Source: Eledone cirrhosa
Taxonomy: Eukaryota
NCBI GenBank assembly: GCA_964016885.1
Contig: OZ024746.1
Location: forward strand, 63,054,001-63,118,000
Direction of reading: 5' to 3'
DNA length: 64,000 nucleotides
Under the pieces are notes generated by a model that saw nothing but the letters and a program-made list of their open reading frames with translations, was not told the origin of the DNA and ran no database searches. Both the position numbers and the translations under genes were made by a program. Below, piece after piece: positions 14,081-26,436 of the stretch. How positions within the stretch are numbered: position 1 is the first letter of the stretch; every line of letters starts with the position of its first letter.

Positions 14081-14739
14081 AATGGTATATCGTGCAATGG
14101 CCATACTCGATAACGAGTGGGCAGACATCATCATGTATGTATGTGTGTATGTATGTTTGTATATCTGTGTGTGTGTATGTATATGTGTATGTATGTATGT
14201 AAGTAGGTGTATGAAGAAGCGTGGTTTAGAAAGCCATAGAAAAGTCGTTTGCGGACCACAAGCTTGAGACCGTAGCTCTACACCTCTCTGGCTAGACTGT
14301 GTGTATATCTTTGCTACGCCCACCACGCAGAAAAAAATTGCGAAAACATTGCCACAGAGAACAGCCAGCGACACCCGCTACATCAGCCTTTGTCTGTGAG
14401 TGAAGAAGACAGAAAAAGTGTTGTCTTCATTGCAAACTTGGAAATGAGAATATAGTGAACTGGGTGAAATGGTGTTTGCGGGGTGATAGAGGGGGGGGGG
14501 GTAGTGAGAGTTATTGTGAAGGATGGACGAAAGTGGGGAGGAGGAGAGGGTGGGAGGGGACAAGAAAGAATAAGAGAGGAGTGAAAGCATGAACAAAGTC
14601 AAATGAAATGAGAGGAAAGTGATAAGGGCCGGGTCAAATGAAGGCAGAGAACAATAACAGATAACAAAGGGTTTGAGATAAATATTATGGCGTAGATATG
14701 ACAAAAGGAAGTACTAGACAAATATGCACTCACTCTCAC

Positions 14740-14806
<67 letters not shown>

Positions 14807-14808
14807 CT

Positions 14809-14851
<43 letters not shown>

Positions 14852-15286
14852 ACACACACACACACAAATATATATATATATATTTGTGTGTGTGTGTGTG
14901 TATATATATATACATATATATATGCATATATATGTGTATATATATATATGTATGTATATATATATACATATATATGTATATATACACACATATATATATA
15001 CACACACACACACATAAATATTTATATATATATATATTTGTGTGTGTGTGTGAATATATGAAAATTGCAAACTTGACTGTCACCACACATTATGAACCTG
15101 AAGATTGCGAAAGCATGAAAGTACTTGTTCAATTAACACTTAACATTTAATATTCTACCATACTATTTCATTCTAATACCATTATAAATTTTAAAGGATT
15201 GTAAATAAAACGAGTAAATCAGACAAAGTTGGAATTCCTTTTATTAATATAATCTTCTATACACAATCATACACAGCCGTGTATAT

Positions 15287-15287
<1 letters not shown>

Positions 15288-15340
<53 letters not shown>
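15288..15340. repeat. (TATC)13 array at the 5' junction of Tx1 element 1
   Basis: Directly visible. Confidence 0.95.
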
Positions 15341-15554
15341 CTGGGATGGACACACGCGTATAACTTGCTGAGTAAGTTCTGTTTAAATTTCTATAGAAAT
15401 TCTTGTCTGATAACTTTAATTTTTGTACCATTTTGTAGAGGGACTGCCAGGTCAAACTTTGATCTGGTCAGTCTCTCAAAATATTCTACGCCTTTAGGCG
15501 AAATAGTTAAAAAAAAAAAAGTTTTTTCTTGTTGAAAAGTCAATATTTTTTTAA

Positions 15555-17345
15555 ATGGCCGAAGCTTCTTCACCAAAATTCGAAGGAGGAAAGGGGAAGA
15601 TGAACTTACAGCTTCCCCCTGCCACTGTCACAGTAGCAGAGGTCAAGAAGATAGGTCAGCCAGAGGAAGAATTCTCTCCACCTGTTAACCGACAACTTGA
15701 CGTTGCCATGGCAACAACCCAAAGAACCAGCAGCAACAGCAACAACAACAACAATGCGACGGACGAAAGCAACACCAATAACAATAACAATAACAACAAC
15801 AAGACCAATAACGGTGACAACAACAACAATGATAACAACAACACCACCAACGACAACAACAACACAAACAAACAAAATTTCTCCTTCGCCGAGACGACAA
15901 GGAAAACCCTCGACTATCTGCCAGTAGATATAACAAAAGCGAAGGAGCTACTGGCGGATGCGAAAAAATATATAGTGTACGGGGAAAATGGTTCATTCAC
16001 AATCCATTCCCCCCCGGAACTAAAAAGCCAGAGACTCCTAAACACGGTCATGTTTAGGACAATCTCGAACAAAAGTAAAAAACCAGCTCAACCATCACAG
16101 AGCGAGATAGAGCTGGTTTTAAAAGACGTCATGAAGGACATCGCCTTCATTCAGAAGGATAGACTCTACGGGAGTCTATCCATTCTCATGAAGGACAGGG
16201 ACACAGCAGTGAAACTGTCCATCAAACCAATCACATCCACCGCATACACCTTCTACCCTACGTACATGGGTAGAAGAACACAAAAAATAAAAATCCACAC
16301 CATCCTGCCGATTATGGACATATGGTGGGTTTTGACAGGTTTTCTGGACCTGGAGGATGACATGCTGGTGTCCATGGGAAAGGCATCGGGTGACGCGTTC
16401 AGTGGAACGAGCCTCGAACTTGTAGTTCAAATGAGGCCCGAAAGGATCGCCCAGATCCCTGAACGCGTCATACTGGATGATCTAACCTTCATCAACATTA
16501 CCGTTGAGGGTAGACGGCCCTCGTGTTACCTCTGCGGAACCAGAGGTCACCTGAGGGCTGTCTGTCCCCAACTTAATAAGAAAACCCCAATCCTGCCTAC
16601 ACCACCAACAACTGCACAACCAACACAATCACCACAACTACCACTACAAAAACAACCACCACAGCTCAAACCAAAACAAGACAATGTCCAACCCATCCCC
16701 TCCACTCAAAAAACAAAAACAATTTCCAAAACACCCGTACCGCAAACACAACCCGAAAATATACCCCTCCCCTCCAACGCGGAAGATGACCCTAGTTCGT
16801 CGTCAGACGAGGAGGAGCACTTCCACACAATCAAAAGAAAAAAAAGAAAACACACCTCAGACACACAAATGAAAAAAACCCCTCCCCAAAACATAACACT
16901 GACACCAACACAAAAGAGCTCACAAAAACAGCAAACAAAAAACACCACACAAAAACAAAAACATGCATACACATACATAAATACAAGAAACAAAAAACTG
17001 TTAAACATTGTGTACAACAACAATCTAATAAAAACACAAGGGCCTAACTTCACCCAGGCAGGGGATTTCCCCCACCTCAAAATGATTAAGGCCCCACAGG
17101 ACACCTATAAAACTTTAAAAAACAATTTTAAAGAGGACGTGGGTCCCCCCTGCGTCGGGCCCATTAACCGCGTCCTCCTAAAAAACTATCCCACCCCCTC
17201 CCCAAACACCCTCACAACTCCAAGCTCCCCAACCACACAACACACTGATGCCCCCACACTTCCACAAACCACCACCCCACCCAACAACCCATCCCCCACC
17301 CTAATGGAAATTGTGCAGCCCGATACCCGAGGCGCAGAGAGGTAA
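15555..17345 (+). CDS. ORF1 nucleic-acid chaperone of Tx1 element 1 (596 aa)
   Basis: CYLCGTRGHLRAVC (CX2CX4HX4C), basic KRKKRK NLS-like motif, Asn-rich and Pro/Thr-rich disordered tracts; homologous to 21295-23132. Confidence 0.88.
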   Translation: MAEASSPKFEGGKGKMNLQLPPATVTVAEVKKIGQPEEEFSPPVNRQLDVAMATTQRTSSNSNNNNNATDESNTNNNNNNNNKTNNGDNNNNDNNNTTNDNNNTNKQNFSFAETTRKTLDYLPVDITKAKELLADAKKYIVYGENGSFTIHSPPELKSQRLLNTVMFRTISNKSKKPAQPSQSEIELVLKDVMKDIAFIQKDRLYGSLSILMKDRDTAVKLSIKPITSTAYTFYPTYMGRRTQKIKIHTILPIMDIWWVLTGFLDLEDDMLVSMGKASGDAFSGTSLELVVQMRPERIAQIPERVILDDLTFINITVEGRRPSCYLCGTRGHLRAVCPQLNKKTPILPTPPTTAQPTQSPQLPLQKQPPQLKPKQDNVQPIPSTQKTKTISKTPVPQTQPENIPLPSNAEDDPSSSSDEEEHFHTIKRKKRKHTSDTQMKKTPPQNITLTPTQKSSQKQQTKNTTQKQKHAYTYINTRNKKLLNIVYNNNLIKTQGPNFTQAGDFPHLKMIKAPQDTYKTLKNNFKEDVGPPCVGPINRVLLKNYPTPSPNTLTTPSSPTTQHTDAPTLPQTTTPPNNPSPTLMEIVQPDTRGAER

Positions 17346-17369
17346 GTGCCTTTTCTCTTCACCACCAAC

Positions 17370-20300
17370 ATGGCTATGCTAAGAGTAGGCTGTTTAAATG
17401 CGCGTGGCCTGGGCTCAACTTGGAAGCAAGCAATGCTTCTAAATGACCTCAGGTCACAACGTATAGATGTGATGGTTATTTGCGAGGCCCGGATCAGCAA
17501 CGTGCGACAGCTGGCCCCCACCTTTGATGACTTTGAGATGCACGCATCTCTCTGTCAGCCCGGAGGTGGGGGTGGAGTTGTCGTTCTGCTGCAAAAACAT
17601 CTGGGTCTCGCAACACAGATGGTACATTTGGACCCGGAGGGTCGACTAGTGGTTCTGGACCTTGGCAGTGGTAAAGGCGGAGCGTTTAGGTTGGTAGCCG
17701 CCTACGGCCCTTTCGGGTCAATGCGGCCGGACTTCTTCCATCGTCTGGAGACTTTTCTAGGGACGTCCCGCTCCTTGCTATTAGTGGTGGACTGGAATGG
17801 TATCCTAGATGCACGCTGGGACTACGTAGGGGCCTGCCCCGATAGAGAGGGGTGTAATAGCCTCAAAGGGTTAATCGGTCGATTTGACCTGGCCGATAGA
17901 TATCGACTAGATTTTCCGACTGCGCCAACCTGGACTTGGGCAAATCGTAGCGGATCATCTAGGTCGTACCTAGATAGGTTCTTAGTTAGAATTAAGGATA
18001 AGGACTTTTTAAGTTGTCCAAAAATGCGCATTGTTGGCTATTCAGACCACAAATTAGTGACCTGCATGGTCAACCTTGACAGAACTCATAGACAGGGCCC
18101 CGGTTACTGGAAGCTCAACTTGTCCTTGCCGGCAAGTAGAGCCTACAGGAATCGGATTAGTACGTTAGTTAAGGAACGGTTGACTGGAGCGATCGTCAAC
18201 AGCAGGTGGTGGGTATCTCTAAAGAGAGAGATTAGAGTAGTCTCGATAGAATTTAGTAAGGTTCTAGCTGCGGATAGGAATAGGAAGGAAAGGGAGCTAA
18301 TAGATAGAGTAGAAGAGGCAATTAGAAGCGGCGACGTGGCCAGAGTGCTAGCGTCGAGAACGGCTTTGAGCCAGTTTTTCGACGCGAAGCACGAAGGCTG
18401 CGTTGTCCGAAGTAAAATACGTGCTCTAGGGAACGAGGGGACCAAAGCTGTTAGCTGGGCCCGCGTGACAGAGGCCAACAGTGGAACTAAATCCACCATC
18501 CGGTCTTTGCGAGACCTGGATGGACGGGCGATTCTTGAGCCTAAGCAGATGTGTGAGGCCTTTCAAAGGCACTTTGCCCGACTGTTCGGGAGGGGCGGGG
18601 AGCCGGTTGGGAACGTGGACTTCGGTCCATACCTCGACGGCCTGCCGCGCCTCTCGGACAGGGAGGCGAAGTCCTGCGAGGAGCCGATTTCGGCCGCTGA
18701 GATAGAGGACGTGCTGAGCCAATGCGGCAAACGCAAATCCCCGGGTCTCGATGGTCTTCCTTACGAATTATATCTAGCTATGCCGGACTTGTTCCCCGAT
18801 CTCCTCGAGGCGGTCTACTGCAACTGGCAACAGAACGGGAGAATTCCCTGTACTGTGACCAAGGGCGTAGTCACGCTAGTGAGGAAGGACGAGAACAAGG
18901 GGGACGAAATAAGTAACTTCAGGCCCATAACACTGCTAAATACAGAGTTACAGATTTTGGCCAAGGTGCTAGCAAAGAGGTTGGCGCTTGTCGTGGGCAA
19001 CCTGGTGGGAGATGCGCAGACATGCGCTATCCCGTCCAGGTCCATCCATGACAACCTCCACCTCATGCGATACATCATAGAGAGGGTTGGGAACGAACCC
19101 GGCTTTGGTGGGGCTCTGATCAACTTGGATCAATCTAAGGCGTTCGATAGGGTCGACCATGGTTACCTGGATGCGGTGCTAGCGGCGGCAGGCTTCGGAC
19201 CCGTTTTCAGGGGCTGGATCACTGCTATGCACAGCAGCCGCATCTGCTCTAGGGTCAAGGTGAACGGCTACCTCTCGGAGCCGTTCAAAATCGCGCGGTC
19301 CATCCGACAAGGGTGCCCTCTCTCCTCCCTTCTGTATGTGTTGACTCTCGAGCCACTACTGCGGAAGTTGGAGTTGTTGCAGGGCATCCCTTTGGAACCG
19401 GGATTGCGGAAAGCGGTGTCGGCCTACGCCGATGACGTGACAGTAATGGTGTCGACGGCCTCCGAAATCGAGGCGGTCGGCACCTTACTGGAGGAGTACG
19501 AAAAGTTCACAGGGGCTAAGCTGAACCGGGACAAGTCGATCGGTTTGCAACTCGGCACGTGGAGGGGCAGACCGATGCCCTCCGATAGCGTCGTCGGACG
19601 CTGGACGGAGGGCCCGGTGAAGTTGCTCGGGGTCTGGTTCGGACCGGACCTCCAGGTGGAGAAAAACTGGGCGGAGGTTACGAACAGGGTGTTTGCACTG
19701 ACCCAGAAGTGGGCCAGTTGCAAACTATCCCTGAAAGGTCGGGCGGAGGTGGCGAACACCTACATAGCGTCCGTCATCTACTACCGCCTGACCGTAGTGC
19801 CCTGCCCAAGGGAAACCCTCACCAAGATGGAGCGCGCGCTCTTCCAATTCCTTTGGAAGAGGCGGGCTCCTATGGTGAGGAGATCCATCTGCTGTCAACA
19901 CCCTTCGAAAGGAGGGCTGGGGATGCCGTGGCTAATGATGCGTAAACACGCATTAAGGCTACGGCACCTCTACGTATTCCTCACCGGACAACCGGTGTGG
20001 GCCTCGTTTGTGAGAGGAACCTTTCCCAGACTCGTCTCACTCACCGAGCTGCAATCCTGGGTCAAGCAAAGACCGAGAAAACTGGGCGCCTGGCACACTG
20101 AGTGTGCCCAGGCGCTCACCGCCCTCTGGCAGGCGGATCCGGTTATCAGTGGAGACTCCACCGCAACATTCTATAGAGGGCTGGTACGCAGCAGGTGCGA
20201 CGACGCCCTCGGAGAAGCCCTAGACATGGAGGAGGACGAACTGGCCAGCCTGTTCGGTAGGACATTCAGCCCGGGACCTATGGACAACTTCCAGAAGTCC

Positions 20301-20807
20301 CTGGCCTGGCAGTGCTACCGAGGGGCTTTACCCGTTCGAGAAAGGCTCTACAGACACGGGCGCCCGGGTAGGGACCCCGCCAAAAAGATCTGTCCCAGAT
20401 GCGTGTGCGACGAGGAAACCGTTGCACACGCATTAGTACACTGCTCGGGCGTAGCCGATCTGTGGGGCTATGTCGAACAACTGCTGTCAAGGGTGGGACC
20501 GATCCGGTTGACCACCGAGTCTATTGTAATGATCAAGCCGCCTCCCCCCTTCAAAGATGAAGCAGAGGCGGTGTTTCTGTGCGTAATAGCCATGGCGAAA
20601 GAGGTTGTATGGTGGACGCGTCTGAAAGGACTGAGGTCGGGCACCTTTCTCTCTGGCCAACAACTGGTCCGTTTCTTCCGATATCATTTCGGAAGAAGGA
20701 TCAGGATGGAGAGAGAGGTGCTGCACCCCAGCCGTTTCTATGAAAGATGGGTGAAAGTGGCGAGAATGGCCCGTGTGAATGGGCCTTCACTCTACATCAG
20801 ACTATAG
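17370..20807 (+). CDS. ORF2 apurinic endonuclease / reverse transcriptase of Tx1 element 1 (1145 aa from first ATG)
   Basis: APE motifs LNARGL, DWN, LDRFL, SDH; RT motifs PGLDG, RPITLLN, DQSKAFDRV, QGCPLS, YADD; C-terminal CPRC-X8-H-X4-C; uninterrupted. Confidence 0.95.
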   Translation: MAMLRVGCLNARGLGSTWKQAMLLNDLRSQRIDVMVICEARISNVRQLAPTFDDFEMHASLCQPGGGGGVVVLLQKHLGLATQMVHLDPEGRLVVLDLGSGKGGAFRLVAAYGPFGSMRPDFFHRLETFLGTSRSLLLVVDWNGILDARWDYVGACPDREGCNSLKGLIGRFDLADRYRLDFPTAPTWTWANRSGSSRSYLDRFLVRIKDKDFLSCPKMRIVGYSDHKLVTCMVNLDRTHRQGPGYWKLNLSLPASRAYRNRISTLVKERLTGAIVNSRWWVSLKREIRVVSIEFSKVLAADRNRKERELIDRVEEAIRSGDVARVLASRTALSQFFDAKHEGCVVRSKIRALGNEGTKAVSWARVTEANSGTKSTIRSLRDLDGRAILEPKQMCEAFQRHFARLFGRGGEPVGNVDFGPYLDGLPRLSDREAKSCEEPISAAEIEDVLSQCGKRKSPGLDGLPYELYLAMPDLFPDLLEAVYCNWQQNGRIPCTVTKGVVTLVRKDENKGDEISNFRPITLLNTELQILAKVLAKRLALVVGNLVGDAQTCAIPSRSIHDNLHLMRYIIERVGNEPGFGGALINLDQSKAFDRVDHGYLDAVLAAAGFGPVFRGWITAMHSSRICSRVKVNGYLSEPFKIARSIRQGCPLSSLLYVLTLEPLLRKLELLQGIPLEPGLRKAVSAYADDVTVMVSTASEIEAVGTLLEEYEKFTGAKLNRDKSIGLQLGTWRGRPMPSDSVVGRWTEGPVKLLGVWFGPDLQVEKNWAEVTNRVFALTQKWASCKLSLKGRAEVANTYIASVIYYRLTVVPCPRETLTKMERALFQFLWKRRAPMVRRSICCQHPSKGGLGMPWLMMRKHALRLRHLYVFLTGQPVWASFVRGTFPRLVSLTELQSWVKQRPRKLGAWHTECAQALTALWQADPVISGDSTATFYRGLVRSRCDDALGEALDMEEDELASLFGRTFSPGPMDNFQKSLAWQCYRGALPVRERLYRHGRPGRDPAKKICPRCVCDEETVAHALVHCSGVADLWGYVEQLLSRVGPIRLTTESIVMIKPPPPFKDEAEAVFLCVIAMAKEVVWWTRLKGLRSGTFLSGQQLVRFFRYHFGRRIRMEREVLHPSRFYERWVKVARMARVNGPSLYIRL

Positions 20808-21294
20808 GTGAGGAAGATGAAAGACCAAGGGAGCACCCCTTCTCTGTGCTCCTGAGGAGAAGGGTTGCACACTTTTTTCGGGGGTGTGTGCGACCCCCCA
20901 AGGCGCCTCCTCTCTATTGAGGATTTTGTTAAAAATTTTATTTTTTGTTATATCTTATTTTATTTTTATATTTTGTTATTGCCTTCTCCTTATTGAGGAC
21001 GCCTTTTTGTGTAAACTCCCCCCTTTGTACTTGTCCCACTTTTGATGCCCTAGTGGCAAATAAAAGAAATATATCTATCTATCTATCTATCTTGATAGAG
21101 TAAGACACGCTTCACATCGGCTCCGCTATTCCATAGGGATTTACCCTTACTATTGTAAGTACCGGATAAATTTTTCAGTGCAACACATTTGGAATACTAA
21201 CCCCTGTTATTTAGGGAAACATTTTTGCATTTACCCCCTTTTTAGGGGGTAAAATAAATATCTATTTTTGCCGAAAAATTTCTTTCTTGGCAGC

Positions 21295-23132
21295 ATGGCG
21301 GAAAAGATGGCAGACATGTCTGCCATTAGCTCTGCCATGCCCCCCAAGTCTGAAGAACAAAAAATAATTACAACAAAATTAGACAATGAAACAAACAAAG
21401 AAAATGAAAAAACAAATGTTAAGGAAAATGAGCAAACGGAAAACAAACAAACAGAAAATAATACAAATAACAACAGGGCAACTTTCGCCCAGAAAACAAA
21501 ACAATCCATTACATACACACCAATTGACCTAACTGCCGCCAGAGAAAAACTGGCCGAAGCAAAGAAACACATTGTTTTGGGGGAGAACGGAATGTTTTCC
21601 ATTAACTCCCCCCCAGAATTCAAGAAAGAAAGAACAGAGAACACAGTTCTCTTCAGAACTATACTGAACCAGACAAGAAAGCCAGCACAGCCCAGCCAAA
21701 TGGAAATAGAGTTAGTCCTAAAAGACTATATGAAGAATATTCTCTTAATACGAAAGGACCGACTCTATGGCCGCATTTCGGTCCTAACAAGAGACAAGGA
21801 AACGGCGGAGAAGCTTTCCCTAAGCCCACTCTCATCGACAACATACAGCTTCTATCCCTCCTACATGGGTAGAAGAACACAGAGAGTAAAAGTAAAAACA
21901 ATGCTGCCCACAATGGACTTCTGGTGGGCTATTGCTGGCTTCATAGACATGGGCGAAGACACAATGCTGTCAATGGGGAAGGCAACTGGAGATGCGTTCC
22001 TGGGAATGGGCCTCGACATACTAGTCCAAATGAGGCCCGAAAGAATAGCACAAATCCCGGATCGCATCTGGCTGGATGACCTTACCCCAATAGACATAAT
22101 TGTAGAGGGGAGAAGACCAGCATGCTATTTATGCATGGAAAGGGGACACGTTAAGGCTAACTGCCCGAAACGTATCCCCCAAAAAGGACTATTGCCCACA
22201 CCCACCACAAACAGTACACCAACACCACCCACCTCCAAAAATACACTAATACCACACACAGCAAACAAAATACAGACACCACCAACCACAAACACAACAC
22301 AAACATCACCACCACCAGCACCAAACACAAGCACGACACAAAAATCACCACCACCAACCACAACACAAACATCACCACCACCATCACCAACCACAAGCAC
22401 GACACAAACATTACCACCACCACCACAAAACCCATTCCAAACAAATAATAAAAAAAACAGTAACAAATCTACCCCTCCCGCAAAAAAAAAACAACCACAC
22501 AACACGTCCCTCCCACCTAGCGCTGAAGAGTTTCCCCCAACTTCTGAAGAAGAAGGAGGAGAAGCCTTCAGACAAGTTAAAAGAAAAAAAAGAAAACACA
22601 CACCCAGCACACCACAAATAACCCACACACAAACACCAACTCCAATCAAAAACACCCCACCCTCAACAAACAAAAATAAATCTGCGCCTCCCCTCTCCGA
22701 AACATTGACAGCATCACAAAAAAAGACGTTGCAATACACATATATAAATAAAGAAAACAAAAAACTGGTTAAATTAATAAACAATAACCCTATGGTGCAG
22801 ACCGAAGGGCCAAACTTTATCTCAACAGAGAACTTCACCCATTTTAAAATGATAAAGGTCCCTCTGGACCTTTATCGTTCCTTAAAAGAACAATTTAGAC
22901 GGGACGTGAGCCCCCCCCCCCCTGTTTAAAACCGTTGAATCGCGTCCTCTTGAAAGATTTCCCCATAACCGCCCCTCTCCCTGACACAACTCCAAATACC
23001 CCAACCCCACCACACACGTGTACCCCCACACCACCACAAAACATCCCTCCACCCAACACACCTGATGCCATGGAAATTACGCAACCCGGAGAGGTAGGTG
23101 CTTTTCTTGCTTCACTTTCAACACCAAAATAG
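21295..23132 (+). pseudogene. ORF1 of element 2, frameshifted in a C-run near 22911-22922
   Basis: CYLCMERGHVKANC knuckle; C-terminal NRVLLKDFP homology continues in another frame (22935-23132). Confidence 0.85.
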
Positions 23133-26100
23133 ATCAATTGAGAGTTGGCTGTTTGAACGCGCGTGGCCTGGGCTCAGCTTGGAAGCAAGCAAAGCTTCTA
23201 AGTGACCTCAGGTCACAAAGTATAGATGTGATGGTTGTTTGCGAGAGTCGGATCAGCAGCGTGAGACAGCTGGCGCCTTCGATGACTTTGAGATGCACGC
23301 ATCTCTCTGTCAACCCGGAGGCGGGGGGGGGGGGGGAGTTGCCGTACTGCTGGATAAACGTCTGACTCTCGACGTACAGATTGTTCACTCGGACCCGGGG
23401 GGTCGATTACTGGTGCTGGACGTCGGAGCCGGTGAAGGCGGGGCTTTCAGACTGGTCGGTCTTTATGCTCCCTTCGGGGCGGAAAGAGCCGACTTCTTCC
23501 AGCGTCTGGAGACTTTTCTAGGAACGTCGCGTTCCCTGCTTTTAGTGGGGGACTGGAATGGAATCCTAGATGCGCGTTGGGACTATGCAGGGGCATGTCC
23601 CGATAGAGGGGGATGTAGCAGCCTCAAGGGGTTACTCGATCGATTCGACCTGGTCGATAGATTTCGACTAGATTGTCCAACTGCGCCAACCTGGACCTGG
23701 GCAAACCGCAGTGGACAATCTAGATCGTACCTAGATAGGTTTTTGGTTAGGAGTAAGGATAGGGACGTATTTAGTTGTCCAGAACTGATCATGGTTGGCT
23801 ATTCAGATCACAAATTAGTGACCTGCGTGGTCAACCTTGATAGAACGCATAGACAGGGTCCCGGTTACTGGAAGATGAACTTGTCCTTGCCGACAAAGAA
23901 AGATTACAGAAACCGGATTAGTAGCTTAGTTAAGATGCGGTTGACGGGAGCGATCGTCAACAGTAGGTGGTGGGTATCTCTAAAGAGAGAGATTAGAGTA
24001 AGTTCGATAGGCTACAGTAAGGAACTAGCGGCGAATAGAAATAGGAAGGAAAGGGAGTTAACAGATAAACTAGAAGAGGCGATTAGGAGCGGAGAAGGTA
24101 GCCAGAGTGTTAGCGGCGAGAACGGCGTTGAGCCAGTTCTTTGACGCGAAGCACGAAGGCTGCGTTGTCCGAAGTAAAATACGTGCTTTAGGAAACGAGG
24201 GGACCAAAGCTGTTAGCTGGGCCCGCGTGACAGAAGCCAAGAGTGGGATTAAATCCACCATTCGGTCTTTGCGAGACCAGGATGGATGGGTGATCCTTGA
24301 ACCTGAGCGAATGTGCGAGGCCTTTCAAAGGCACTTTGCTCGACTGTTCGGAGGTGGCGGGGGGCCGGACGGGGATGTGGACTTCGGTCCATACCTCAAC
24401 GGTCTACCGCGTCTTTCGAGCGGCGAAGCGGAGTGCTGCGAAAGGCCAATCACAGCCACTGAAATCGGGGAAGCGCTCAGCCAATGCAGCAGACGCAAAT
24501 CCCCGGGTCTCGATGGTCTACCATACGAACTTTATTTAGCTATGCCGGTCTTATTCTCCGAACTCCTCGAGGCTGTCTATTGCAACTGGCAACAGAACGG
24601 GAGAATTCCCTGTTCTGTGACCAAGGGCGTGGTCACGCTAGTGAGGAAGGACGAGAGCAAGGGGGACGACTTAAGTAACTTTAGGCCCATAACTCTGCTG
24701 AATGCAGAGTTACAGATTTTGGCCAAGGTGTTGGCGAAGAGGTTGGCGCTTGTGGTGGGTGGTTTGGTGGGAGACGCGCAGACATGCGCTATCCCGTCCA
24801 GGTCCATTCACGACAACCTCCACCTCATGCGATACATCATAGAGAGGGTTGGCTACGAACCCGGCTTTGGTGGGGCCCTGATCAACTTGGATCAATCTAA
24901 GGCGTTCGATAGGGTCGACCATGGTTACCTGGATGCGGTGCTAGCGGCGGCGGGCTTCGGACCCGTTTTCAGGGGCTGGATTTCTGCCATGCACAGTGGC
25001 AACATCTACTCTAGGATTAAAGTAAACGGCTACCTCTCGGAGCCGTTTCAAATCACCCGGTCCATCAGACAGGAGTGCCCCCTCTCCTCCCTTCTGTACG
25101 TATTGACTCTCGAGCCACTGCTGCGGAAGTTGGAGTTGCTGCGGGGCATACCCCTGGAACCGGGATTGCACAAAGCGGTCTCGGCCTATGCCGACGACGT
25201 AACAGTAATGGTGGCGGACGCCTCGGAAATCGGGGCGATCGCCACCCTACTGGAGGAATACGAAAGGCTGACGGGGGCTAGGCTGAACCAGGACAAGTCA
25301 GTCGGTTTGCAACTCGGAACGTGGAGGGGCAAACCGATGCCGTTAGACGGTGTCGTCGGGCGGTGGACGGAGGGCCCGGTGAAGCTGCTCGGGGTCTGGT
25401 TCGGACCGGACCTCCAGGTGGAGAAGAATTGGGGCGAGGTGACGAGCAGGGTGTTTGCGCTGACCCAGAAGTGGGCCAAGTGCAAACTATCACTGAAAGG
25501 TCGGGCGGAGGTGACGAGCGCTTACATAGCGTCCGTCATCTACTACCGCCTGACCGTCGTGCCTTGCCCCAAGGAAAAGCTCACCATCATGGAACGCATG
25601 CTCTTCCAGTTCCTCTGGAAGAAGCGGCCTCCCATGGTGAGGAGATCCATCTGCTGCCAGCACCCTTTGAAAGGAGGGCTTGGTATGCCGTGGCTGTTGA
25701 TGCGAGAAAACTGGGCAACTGGCACACCGAGTGTGCCCAGGCGCTCACGGCTATCTGGCAAGCGGACCCGACTGTCAGTGGAGAATCCACCTCGACATTC
25801 TATAGAGGGTTGGTGGCTAGCAAGGGCGACGACACCCTTGGAGAGTCGCTAGGCATGGAGGAGGACGAACTGGCCAGCCTGTTCGGTAGAACTTTCGGCC
25901 CGGGACCCATGGACAACTTCCAGAGGTCCCTAGCCTGGCAGTGTTACCGAGGGGCTCTTCCCGTTCGAAAAAAGCTCTACAGACACGGGCGCCCGGGCAG
26001 GGATCCCGCGAAAAAGATCTGCCCCAGATGCGTGCGCGACGAGGAAACCGTTGCGCATGCACTGGTACACTGCCCGGGCGTTGCCGATCTGTGGGGCTAC

Positions 26101-26436
26101 GTCAAACGACTGCTGTCGCGTGTGGCGCCGATTCGATTAACCGCCGGGTCTGTGGTGAACATCAAGCCGCCTCCTCCCTTCAGAAATGAAGCAGAGGCGG
26201 TCTTTCTGTGCGTAATAGCCATGATGAAAGAGGTTGTGTGGTGGACGCGCCTGAAAGGTCTGAGGTCGGGTGACTTTCTCTCCGGCCATCACCTGGTTTA
26301 CTTCTTCCGATACCACTTCGGAAGAAGGATCAGGATGGAGAGAGAAGTGCTTGGCCCCAGACAGTTTTATGAAAGGTGGGTGAAAGAAGCGAGAATGGCT
26401 CGTGTAAATGGGCCTTCTCTCTACATTGTTCTGTAG
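23129..26436 (+). pseudogene. ORF2 of element 2, disrupted
   Basis: ATG reads ATA; 4-nt deletion near 23277; +1 near 24097; ~133-bp deletion near 25704 relative to element 1 (19943-20075); QGCPLS changed to QECPLS; YADD retained. Confidence 0.9.

Larger units (their letters stand above)
15341..21070 (+). mobile_element. Full-length, apparently intact Tx1/L1-clade non-LTR retrotransposon (element 1)
   Basis: 5' UTR, ORF1 with CCHC knuckle, ORF2 APE-RT-CCHC, 3' UTR ending AATAAAAGAAAT then (TATC)5. Confidence 0.93.
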
